In this document: positions 26,532 through 34,893 of the stretch, piece after piece
How positions within the stretch are numbered: the stretch's first letter is position 1
Layout: every line of letters begins with the position of its first letter
Assembly: GCF_055900595.2 (NCBI RefSeq)
Contig: NZ_CM148325.1
Strand: one strand, 5' to 3'
Length of the DNA: 64,000 nt
The notes under the pieces: generated by a model
Databases searched by the model: none
The model's input: the letters and a program-made list of their open reading frames with translations, nothing else
Told to the model about the DNA's origin: nothing
Translations under genes and position numbers: made by a program

Positions 26532-27464
26532 TTACCAGCGCCCGGAGGCGCCACCGCCGCCAGATGAACCGCCGCCGCCGCTGAAATTATCATTGTCAAA
26601 AGAGGATGAAGAGGAAGATGACGACGATGATGAAGAACGCCTGGAGGCCGAGTTACTTCTTTCGTAATGTGACGGTCGGTTGGCACTGCGCATCGAATCC
26701 CGAACCTTTTTGCCGAAGGGGGTAAAAGCGATGGCGACAGCCAGGAACGGTGTGGCGAAGCAGAGTAATGTTGCGAGTACTCCCCAGCTTCCGCTGAAAC
26801 CTGCTATAGGTAAAACAAAGGCCAGTACAATAGCTGTGAAGCAAATTAGTCCCAGCGTTTTGACATATCCTCTGGCGGAAATAAAGGTCAGTACTATTGC
26901 CCAGACTAACAAAGCCCACCAACCGTTAAAGGGCAAAGGGTGATCGGTCGGTGTTATCGTTGCTAAATTATTCCCCGTCAGACGATTATCAATATCGCTT
27001 ATTCCCTTTTGCAAGCCGCCAGCCAGGTCGCCATTTTTAAATGCCGGAATAATACTGTTGCGAATAATTTTCCCGGACTGCGCATCCGTAATAACGCCTT
27101 CCAGTCCGTAACCGACTTCAATACGCACGGTATGATCCTGCCAGGCGACTAACAGTAGAACGCCATCATCGCGGTCTTTATCACCCGGTTTCCAGCTATC
27201 GAATACCCGCGTAGCGTACTGCTCGATGGTTTCATCGCCCGTTGTTTCAACCACTAACACGACCAGTTGTGCGTGGCTTTTTTGCGTCAGCTCTTTAATC
27301 TGATTGGTCAACGTATTTACTTCATCGTTCGTCAATTTGCCGGTTAAGTCATTCACATACCTGGGTGATTCAGGTACTGGAATTTGTATGGCAAACACAG
27401 ATGAACAAAAGAAAGCCATAAGGAAGATAAAATTTCGCACAGGACTTCCTCGCTTAATGAGCAT
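26532..27464 (-). CDS. TPM-domain membrane protein, paralog 3
   Basis: 310-aa ORF, strongly similar to paralog 1 through ATRVFDSWKPGDK...LLLVAW..HTVRIEVGYGLEGV; Ser run and tail GGGGSSGGGGASGRW. Confidence 0.8.
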   Translation of the reverse strand: MLIKRGSPVRNFIFLMAFFCSSVFAIQIPVPESPRYVNDLTGKLTNDEVNTLTNQIKELTQKSHAQLVVLVVETTGDETIEQYATRVFDSWKPGDKDRDDGVLLLVAWQDHTVRIEVGYGLEGVITDAQSGKIIRNSIIPAFKNGDLAGGLQKGISDIDNRLTGNNLATITPTDHPLPFNGWWALLVWAIVLTFISARGYVKTLGLICFTAIVLAFVLPIAGFSGSWGVLATLLCFATPFLAVAIAFTPFGKKVRDSMRSANRPSHYERSNSASRRSSSSSSSSSSSSFDNDNFSGGGGSSGGGGASGRW

Positions 27465-28056
27465 TAGTATTCTGGCTAAAATCTATTGTCGGGGCTTTAC
27501 TCACAGCGGCGACATCATCCGGCAAATAATTTTTCTTTGGTGTGTAATCCATAACCTTTGCGGTTAACACTGCGGGGAATTTGCGGATAGTGACATTATA
27601 TTGTTCAATAGCTTTAATATATCTTCCTCGCGCAACGGCAATTCGATTTTCACTTCCTTCGAGCTGTACCATCAAATTTTGATAGAGTTCCTGGGCCTTT
27701 AGCTCAGGGTAACGTTCACTAATTATCGTTAACTGACCGAGAGTGCGAGACACCTGCGCCTGAGCTTGTTGCCAGGTTTGTAATTTTTGTTCATCTCCCG
27801 GAGTTTGCTGAAGAGCACTACTGGCGCGATTAGCCTGACTACGTGCCAATGTTACGGCTTCCAGTACCTCTTGTTCATGGCTGGAATAACCTTTAATACT
27901 GGCGACAAGATTAGGAATAAGATCGGCGCGACGTTGATATTGATTTAATACCTCAGACCAGGAAGCGTTAACCTGCTCATCATAGGTTTGAATATCGTTA
28001 TATCCACAGCCTGATAAATTGAAAATAAATATAATTACGATGAATGTTCTGAGCAT
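27454..28056 (-). CDS. lemA: LemA-family protein
   Basis: 200-aa ORF with N-terminal lipoprotein-like signal (LSGCGY) and coiled-coil-rich body typical of LemA; stop overlaps the start of TPM paralog 3. Confidence 0.8.
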   Translation of the reverse strand: MLRTFIVIIFIFNLSGCGYNDIQTYDEQVNASWSEVLNQYQRRADLIPNLVASIKGYSSHEQEVLEAVTLARSQANRASSALQQTPGDEQKLQTWQQAQAQVSRTLGQLTIISERYPELKAQELYQNLMVQLEGSENRIAVARGRYIKAIEQYNVTIRKFPAVLTAKVMDYTPKKNYLPDDVAAVSKAPTIDFSQNTNAH

Positions 28057-28128
28057 GGTTAAATCCCTTTTAATTAATTCCTTAAAACATAATACGCCAC
28101 TTCATTTTATTCTTTATGATCTAATCCA

Positions 28129-28137
28129 CTTTTTGCC
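28129..28137. repeat. IS10 target-site duplication, left copy (CTTTTTGCC)
   Basis: Identical 9-mer directly abuts both IS10 ends. Confidence 0.9.
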
Positions 28138-29466
28138 CTGAGAGATCCCCTCATAATTTCCCCAAAACGTAACCATGTGTGAATAGATTTTGAGTAAGCA
28201 GGGTTGCAGCCACGAGTGAGTCTTCCCTTGTTATTGTGTAGCCAGAATGCCGCAAAACTTCCATGCCTAAGCGAACTGTTGAGAGTACGTTTCGATTTCT
28301 GACTGTGTTAGCCTGGAAGTGCTTGTCCCAACCTTGTTTCTGAGCATGAACGCCCGCAAGCCAACATGTTAGTTGAAGCATCAGGGCGATTAGCAGCATG
28401 ATATCAAAACGCTCTGAGCTGCTCGTTCGGCTATGGCGTAGGCCTAGTCCGTAGGCAGGACTTTTCAAGTCTCGGAAGGTTTCTTCAATCTGCATTCGCT
28501 TCGAATAGATATTAACAAGTTGTTTGGGTGTTCGAATTTCAACAGGTAAGTTAGTTGCTAGAATCCATGGCTCCTTTGCCGACGCTGAGTAGATTTTAGG
28601 TGACGGGTGGTGACAATGAGTCCGTGTCGAGCGCTGATTTTTTCGGCCTTTAGAGCGAGATTTATACAATAGAATTTGGCATGAGATTGGATTGCTTTTA
28701 GTCAGCCTCTTATAGCCTAAAGTCTTTGAGTGACTAGATGACATATCATGTAAGTTGCTGATAGGTTTCCAGTTTTCCGCTCCTAGGTCTGCATATTGTA
28801 CTTTTCCTCTTACTCGACTTAACCAGTACCAACCCAGCTTCTCAACGGATTTATACCATGGCACTTTAAAGCCAGCATCACTGACAATGAGCGGTGTGGT
28901 GTTACTCGGTAGAATGCTCGCAAGGTCGGCTAGAAATTGGTCATGAGCTTTCTTTGAACATTGCTCTGAAAGCGGGAACGCTTTCTCATAAAGAGTAACA
29001 GAACGACCGTGTAGTGCGACTGAAGCTCGCAATACCATAAGCCGTTTTTGCTCACGGATATCAGACCAGTCAACAAGTACAATGGGCATCGTATTGCCCG
29101 AACAGATAAAGCTAGCATGCCAACGGTATACAGCGAGTCGCTCTTTGTGGAGGTGACGATTACCTAACAATCGGTCGATTCGTTTGATGTTATGTTTTGT
29201 TCTCGCTTTGGTTGGCAGGTTACGGCCAAGTTCGGTAAGAGTGAGAGTTTTACAGTCAAGTAAGGCGTGGCAAGCCAACGTTAAGCTGTTGAGTCGTTTT
29301 AAGTGTAATTCGGGGCAGAATTGGTAAAGAGAGTCGTGTAAAATATCGAGTTCGCACATTTTGTTGTCTGATTATTGATTTTTGGCGAAACCATTTGATC
29401 ATATGACAAGATGTGTATCCACCTTAACTTAATGATTTTTACCAAAATCATTAGGGGATTCATCAG
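28138..29466 (-). mobile_element. IS10 (IS4 family), complete 1329-bp copy
   Basis: Ends CTGAGAGATCCCCTCATAATTTCCCC (inside end) and, on the reverse strand, CTGATGAATCCCCTAATGATTTTGGT (outside end); exact length 1329 bp; 402-aa transposase; flanked by 9-bp direct repeat. Confidence 0.93.
28151..29359 (-). CDS. IS10 transposase
   Basis: 402-aa ORF MCELDILHDSLYQFCPELHLKRLNSLTLACHALLDCK... Confidence 0.93.
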   Translation of the reverse strand: MCELDILHDSLYQFCPELHLKRLNSLTLACHALLDCKTLTLTELGRNLPTKARTKHNIKRIDRLLGNRHLHKERLAVYRWHASFICSGNTMPIVLVDWSDIREQKRLMVLRASVALHGRSVTLYEKAFPLSEQCSKKAHDQFLADLASILPSNTTPLIVSDAGFKVPWYKSVEKLGWYWLSRVRGKVQYADLGAENWKPISNLHDMSSSHSKTLGYKRLTKSNPISCQILLYKSRSKGRKNQRSTRTHCHHPSPKIYSASAKEPWILATNLPVEIRTPKQLVNIYSKRMQIEETFRDLKSPAYGLGLRHSRTSSSERFDIMLLIALMLQLTCWLAGVHAQKQGWDKHFQANTVRNRNVLSTVRLGMEVLRHSGYTITREDSLVAATLLTQNLFTHGYVLGKL

Positions 29467-29475
29467 CTTTTTGCC
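29467..29475. repeat. IS10 target-site duplication, right copy (CTTTTTGCC)
   Basis: Matches 28129..28137 exactly. Confidence 0.9.
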
Positions 29476-29566
29476 TTAAACCTGCCTGTAACAGAATGTT
29501 AATAAGACATGATTGTTGTGGCAGGATCTGCAATAATTAACAATTATCCACTTCACAGAGAATGCT

Positions 29567-30238
29567 ATGCAGTACCCGATTAACGAGATGTTCCAGACCC
29601 TGCAAGGTGAGGGTTACTTTACCGGCGTCCCCGCCATTTTTATTCGTTTACAGGGATGCCCGGTCGGCTGTGCCTGGTGCGACACCAAACACACCTGGGA
29701 AAAGCTTGAGGATCGGGAAGTCTCCCTTTTCAGCATTCTGGCGAAGACCAAAGAGAGTGATAAGTGGGGGGCGGCGAGCAGTGAAGATTTGCTGGCTGTC
29801 ATTGGTCGTCAGGGATACACCGCGCGGCATGTGGTGATTACGGGTGGTGAGCCTTGCATTCATGATTTGCTGCCACTGACTGACCTGCTCGAAAAGAACG
29901 GTTTTAGCTGCCAGATCGAAACCAGCGGTACTCATGAAGTACGCTGCACGCCGAATACCTGGGTTACCGTATCGCCAAAGCTGAACATGCGCGGCGGCTA
30001 TGAAGTGTTGTCACAGGCACTGGAACGAGCCAACGAAATCAAGCATCCAGTGGGACGCGTACGTGATATTGAAGCACTGGATGAACTACTGGCAACGCTG
30101 ACCGATGATAAACCACGAGTCATTGCACTGCAGCCAATTAGCCAGAAGGACGATGCCACACGTTTGTGCATTGAAACCTGTATTGCGCGTAACTGGCGTT
30201 TATCGATGCAAACACATAAATATTTAAATATTGCCTGA
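29567..30238 (+). CDS. queE: 7-carboxy-7-deazaguanine synthase QueE (radical SAM)
   Basis: 223-aa ORF with CPVGCAWCDT radical-SAM cysteine motif. Confidence 0.9.
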   Translation: MQYPINEMFQTLQGEGYFTGVPAIFIRLQGCPVGCAWCDTKHTWEKLEDREVSLFSILAKTKESDKWGAASSEDLLAVIGRQGYTARHVVITGGEPCIHDLLPLTDLLEKNGFSCQIETSGTHEVRCTPNTWVTVSPKLNMRGGYEVLSQALERANEIKHPVGRVRDIEALDELLATLTDDKPRVIALQPISQKDDATRLCIETCIARNWRLSMQTHKYLNIA

Positions 30239-30576
30239 TTAAACATTTATAAGCGTTATAAATGGGTGGAACCTGTAAAGACTTCCACTCATTTATATTC
30301 TTTGTCGCCTCTGAAAAAACTCCATTTTGCCCATCCTGGACTAATCATTATCATTCTCTACAAATTCTCTGGCGTTAATTTTTCGTTGGAGTGAAAATTA
30401 TTGCGGTAAAGTTTGGTAGATTTTAGTGGGTATAGAGTTATTTTAAATATTTACTTTTTTAATCAATGGATTAAGTGTTCTTTAACATAATGGATGTGTT
30501 GTTTGTGTGATCCTGTAAAGTTGGTAGATTGTGACTGGCTTAAAAAATCATTAATTAATAATAGGTTATGTTTAGA

Positions 30577-31154
30577 GAGTTCCCCACGTCAGCGGGGATA
30601 AACCTTGCTCGATGCGGGCGTTAACTTTTTTATAGGCGAGTTCCCCGCGCCAGCGGGGATAAACCGCGTAATTTTGTACGCTCAACACGTAACTAAATGA
30701 GTTCCCCGCGCCAGCGGGGATAAACCGATCACCAGTGCGGATTGTTCAAATAGTGCCTGGAGTTCCCCGCGCCAGCGGGGATAAACCGAGAGCTATATCG
30801 CAGCGTTTAACTGGATGACAGAGTTCCCCGCGCCAGCGGGGATAAACCGGTGTTTTTTGCCATCTGAACTGTGGCACGCCGGAGTTCCCCGCGCCAGCGG
30901 GGATAAACCGTCTATAATGTCTCATCCGGGGTTAATTCAATCGAGTTCCCCGCGCCAGCGGGGATAAACCGATCAGCCCCACATCCGGTTTTGCCAGCAA
31001 CGTGAGTTCCCCGCGCCAGCGGGGATAAACCGTAAGATGATCTCACGGAATTGAACGAACTACGGAGTTCCCCGCGCTAGCGGGGATAAACCGGACACAG
31101 AGCGCCGCTATAGCGCCTATGCCAAGAGTTCCCCGCACCAGCGGGAATAAACCA
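30577..31154 (+). CRISPR. Type I-E CRISPR array (CRISPR 2.3-like): 10 repeats, 9 spacers of 32 nt
   Basis: 29-nt repeat GAGTTCCCCGCGCCAGCGGGGATAAACCG at 61-bp period starting 30577, 30638, ... 31126; first and last repeats degenerate; AT-rich leader-like region 30240..30576. Confidence 0.95.
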
Positions 31155-31608
31155 CCATATAACCCGTTATCTCTTTCTCAAGTTTTTATATTAGCAGTAC
31201 TCGTATTAAGCAACATATCCACGTAACACCTCATGTTCAAAATAGCTCTCCATATATGAGAAGTTCACAATTATCGATACAAAAAATCAAATTTAATTAA
31301 AGTGTTAGTTGTATAATACTTAAATCATTAAGAAATTATCATATATTATTTTTTTAATATTGAATTGATGTTTGTTAATTTTTTCTTTAGGATAATAGTT
31401 TGTTTTTTAAGCTTATTATTCATTGATTAAGTAATAAATCTGGAAATTTGTCTTTGTTTTGAGGCTAATGAGTGATTTTACATAATCGCCTCTATAGGCT
31501 GTTGATGAATAGTTCTTATGAATAAAGATATCCAGTTCATACTTTAAGTGAAAATTGATAAAGTGCGATTCGTATTGTCTTTTATTCTAATGACATCGAG
31601 TGTAGTTA

Positions 31609-31746
31609 ATATTCCTTGTAAAAACAGGGATAAACCGAACTAGTTAAAGTTTTTATTATGTTCCCTGCATCAGCGGGGATAAACCGGACTTGTTATCATT
31701 TTTTAAGTTGTCGAACTTATGTTCCCCGCGCCAGCGGGGATAACCA
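31609..31746 (+). CRISPR. Degenerate mini-array (CRISPR 2.2-like remnant), about 3 repeats
   Basis: Repeats ATGTTCCCTGCATCAGCGGGGATAAACCG (31658) and ATGTTCCCCGCGCCAGCGGGGATAACC (31719) plus a partial upstream copy ending ...CAGGGATAAACCG (31637). Confidence 0.7.
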
Positions 31747-31792
31747 TTCAGGTATGTTCAGGCCGGGCAGTTTCCCGCCCGGCCTTCCTCAC

Positions 31793-33271
31793 TTACGCAT
31801 TCGACCAGCTCTGGATCGAATCTTCATTCCCCAGCTCACCATGCATCACTTCATACGATTTTTTCAGGATCACATCAGTGTGCTTGGTTAGGTCTTTGAA
31901 AATGCCTTTATTCATCGCGTCGTAGCGTTTGGCGTTGCTCTCAACAGGCATAAAGATATCTTTCACGCGAACCATTTTGTCGACAGCCGTTGCGTAATCC
32001 GGGTATAGCCCCAGACCTACCGTCGTATTAATCGCTGCCCCCAGACTTGCACAACCATTAATGGCGTTACGGCGTGCCGGAAGGTTGAACACGTCGGCAA
32101 AAATCTGCATAAACAGATCGCTGTTCGAACCGCCGCCAGTAATGATCACATGCTTTGCAAAGTGATTCATTTCATTACACATATTGTCGTAATTGTTCTT
32201 CAGCGTCAGCGCCACGCTTTCCAGTATTGAACGATATATCCATGCGTAATCCATGCTGGAATCAAAGCCGATCATAATCCCGCGTTTGTACGGTTCCCAC
32301 GGATTGGTCAGCCAGTCCAGCACCGTCATCAGACCATTACAGCCAGGCGGCACACAAGACGCTTTTTTGTTGAGCAAATCTTCCGGTGAAAGATCCTGTG
32401 CTTTGGCATCCTGAATTAACGACTCGCCTAACATGTCGCGCAGCCAGCTCACTGTCCACATGCCTTTGCGGATACCGTAACCTTCATACAGCAAGGTTTG
32501 CGGAATAGAAGACATAATCGGCCAGTACGCTACCGGATCTTTCGGCAGTACTTTGCCGTTCATCATCAACGCGATGTAAGTGCCAAGAGAAATTACCGCA
32601 GTTTCATCATCCAGTAACCCGGCTCCCAGTGCTTCTACCGGTTTATCACTGGTGGTACAAACAACCGGCAGCCCAGCCGGGAAATGTGTCGCCAGCGCGG
32701 CTTGTGGTGTGATATGCCCAAGAACAGTGCCCGGCATTTGCACATCAAAAAGCATCTGTCGGGGAATATTAAACTTCTCCATTACCGCGGTATCTTCGCT
32801 CCATGCCCAGGTCTTATAATCCACCGGCCACTGACCAAAATAGTTGGCGATATTGTCTTTAAACTCGCCGGTTAAACGGTGTGTCAGATAACCTGAAAAA
32901 GAGGTGACATATGCCACATCAGGATTGGTGTGCTCGTAGGGACGTGTTACGCGTGCATCCTGCCAGCTAATCAACGGCGCAGCTGGCGTGCCATCGGCTT
33001 TCAATAACGCACGGCAGCAACGGATAGATCCCAGACCAATGCCGACAATATCTTCTTTATTCCCGGCAAACTGGCTCATCAAATCGTGACCGGCAAAACA
33101 TAATGATGCCCATAAATCGTCGTCAGGATGTTCTGCGGTATCGGCATCTGGCGTGCGCATCGGCTGCAATAAGCCTTTGCCTTCGCATACCACATTACCT
33201 TCCAGATCGTACATCACCACTTTTGTGCTCTGACTTCCGCCATCAATCCCTATGATGTATTTTTTCGACAT
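31793..33271 (-). CDS. ygcE: FGGY-family carbohydrate kinase
   Basis: 492-aa ORF MSKKYIIGIDGGSQSTKVVMYDLEGN... sugar-kinase N-terminus. Confidence 0.85.
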   Translation of the reverse strand: MSKKYIIGIDGGSQSTKVVMYDLEGNVVCEGKGLLQPMRTPDADTAEHPDDDLWASLCFAGHDLMSQFAGNKEDIVGIGLGSIRCCRALLKADGTPAAPLISWQDARVTRPYEHTNPDVAYVTSFSGYLTHRLTGEFKDNIANYFGQWPVDYKTWAWSEDTAVMEKFNIPRQMLFDVQMPGTVLGHITPQAALATHFPAGLPVVCTTSDKPVEALGAGLLDDETAVISLGTYIALMMNGKVLPKDPVAYWPIMSSIPQTLLYEGYGIRKGMWTVSWLRDMLGESLIQDAKAQDLSPEDLLNKKASCVPPGCNGLMTVLDWLTNPWEPYKRGIMIGFDSSMDYAWIYRSILESVALTLKNNYDNMCNEMNHFAKHVIITGGGSNSDLFMQIFADVFNLPARRNAINGCASLGAAINTTVGLGLYPDYATAVDKMVRVKDIFMPVESNAKRYDAMNKGIFKDLTKHTDVILKKSYEVMHGELGNEDSIQSWSNA

Positions 33272-33297
33272 GATTTTTCTCCTGTAATTTTCTGGAC

Positions 33298-34575
33298 TTA
33301 CTTGCTGCTAGCCATTGCGGGGGCGCTATCAGCAGTACGAATTTTTTGGAACAGCAAAAAGGTAAAGACGATCACCATGCCAAGCGCCGCCATGCCCATC
33401 AGCCACATATTGCGGTAGGCTTCTGCCGCGGGCAGGGTGTCTTGCCAGTAGCCGATAATTGGGTAAACGAAGACATCCGGCAGGAATCCAATCACCGAAC
33501 AAATACCTACCGTGGTGCCCATAATGTAAGACGGTGTTCTCGCTTCGCCGGGGCAGGCCCAGTACAGCCCGCGTGAGGCGTAACAGGTGAATCCCAGAAG
33601 TAAAATCAGACCAACCCCCATCGCGACCGATTGCGGGTTAGAGTTCGTGATGAGCAGGGCAGTTAACGCCAGCAGGCCGAGTACGGAAAGGATTTGGATC
33701 ACGCGGGTAGGGGATTTCACTTTGCTGTAGGTGGTGATAATGCCACCAAGTGGGCCGCACAGTGCGCGGAAGATTTTGTTGATCACAATCCCCATGTAGC
33801 TCGCCGCCACCAGCGACATGCCGTACATTTCGGTCAGATAGTTGGTGGAGTAACTCAGAATGGCGTAGATGGTGAAGACGCCAAAAATCACCATGCTGCA
33901 GTACCATGTGGTGCTGATACGCAAAACGGCAAGGATGTCGCTAAGCTGGAATGACTGTTTTTCTTCGGTGTTGGTATTGCGCAGGTTGTTGTTATCGCTA
34001 ACAAAAAACCAGCACAGAATCCCCAACAAGATGTAAACCACACTATAGATGATAATGACCGTTTTCAGGCTGGCGCTGTCATCCGGTGCAAAGCGAGAAA
34101 AGACCCACATGGTAAACACCGCCAGCGACATTACACCGACGCCGCGCAGCCCTTCCATCCAGCCCATAATTTTCCCTTGCTCGCTATGATCGCCAAGCAA
34201 CGATGCGGCTTTAATCGACACCGACCACAGCATTAAAATCGTCGTTATCGCAAAGGCGACCTGAATACAGAGCATTACCCACAGCGGTGGATACGTTGCC
34301 ATTAACAGACCCAGCAATCCGGTAATGATCATCGCGGAAGTAATCATTTTGCGATGCGAAAATTTATCGGCAATAACGCCGCTGGGGGCATAAAGAATAA
34401 TAGCCGCAATACCAAAGGTACTCATTATTAAACCTATCTCGGTATTGCTGAATCCCATAAATTTAGCCATGGGAATTTGATAAATATAACGTAAATAAGC
34501 CAGATCAAAACTAACGCCGCCACTAAAACTAATTATCGCGAGGGTTATCCAACGGCGATATGAGTTGTGTTGCAT
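33298..34575 (-). CDS. yqcE: MFS transporter
   Basis: 425-aa multi-pass membrane ORF. Confidence 0.82.
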   Translation of the reverse strand: MQHNSYRRWITLAIISFSGGVSFDLAYLRYIYQIPMAKFMGFSNTEIGLIMSTFGIAAIILYAPSGVIADKFSHRKMITSAMIITGLLGLLMATYPPLWVMLCIQVAFAITTILMLWSVSIKAASLLGDHSEQGKIMGWMEGLRGVGVMSLAVFTMWVFSRFAPDDSASLKTVIIIYSVVYILLGILCWFFVSDNNNLRNTNTEEKQSFQLSDILAVLRISTTWYCSMVIFGVFTIYAILSYSTNYLTEMYGMSLVAASYMGIVINKIFRALCGPLGGIITTYSKVKSPTRVIQILSVLGLLALTALLITNSNPQSVAMGVGLILLLGFTCYASRGLYWACPGEARTPSYIMGTTVGICSVIGFLPDVFVYPIIGYWQDTLPAAEAYRNMWLMGMAALGMVIVFTFLLFQKIRTADSAPAMASSK

Positions 34576-34753
34576 ATCGTATTCCCATTTGTAATAGACA
34601 AAAAAAAGAGAAAAGTAAGCCGCCCTTTCAGGTGGATTACTTTTCTCAGGTCTCTAGTAATTGCAATAAGAAATAACATGGAAAGCAGTGGTGTTGTGTG
34701 AGAGTAGTCACGCTTCTGCTTTTTAAAATTATTTGATAATACGAATATCACAC

Positions 34754-34769
34754 TGTGATTACGATCACA
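34754..34769. promoter_or_regulatory. Consensus CRP box TGTGA-N6-TCACA
   Basis: TGTGATTACGATCACA exact consensus half-sites, centred about 30 bp upstream of a TAAAAT -10-like hexamer (34791..34796). Confidence 0.6.
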
Positions 34770-34826
34770 TTAGCGCTTATGCCCTTATGCTAAAAATTAT
34801 CTCCAGTTACCAGAGATAATGAGAAA

Positions 34827-34869
34827 GGTAACTTCCCTCTCGCGGGGGAAGTTACCTTTCTTTTTTTTT
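34827..34869 (+). terminator. Leader intrinsic terminator (attenuator) upstream of ygcW
   Basis: 11-bp perfect stem GGTAACTTCCC / GGGAAGTTACC, 8-nt loop, then TTTCTTTTTTTTT; sits 25 nt before the ygcW RBS. Confidence 0.65.
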
Positions 34870-34893
34870 GCCTTACGGAAATTGGAGCTAACT

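Noticed and set aside
26590-26640. Poly-serine run in TPM paralog 3 as a possible slipped-strand phase-variation tract
   Set aside because: The serines are encoded by mixed codons, not a homopolymeric or short tandem DNA repeat, so slippage is unlikely.
34819-34893. N-terminal extension of ygcW ORF (MRKVTSLSRGKLPFFFFALRKLELT)
   Set aside because: It overlaps the leader terminator hairpin and T-run; the Met at 34894 has a GGAG RBS and yields the expected SDR length.
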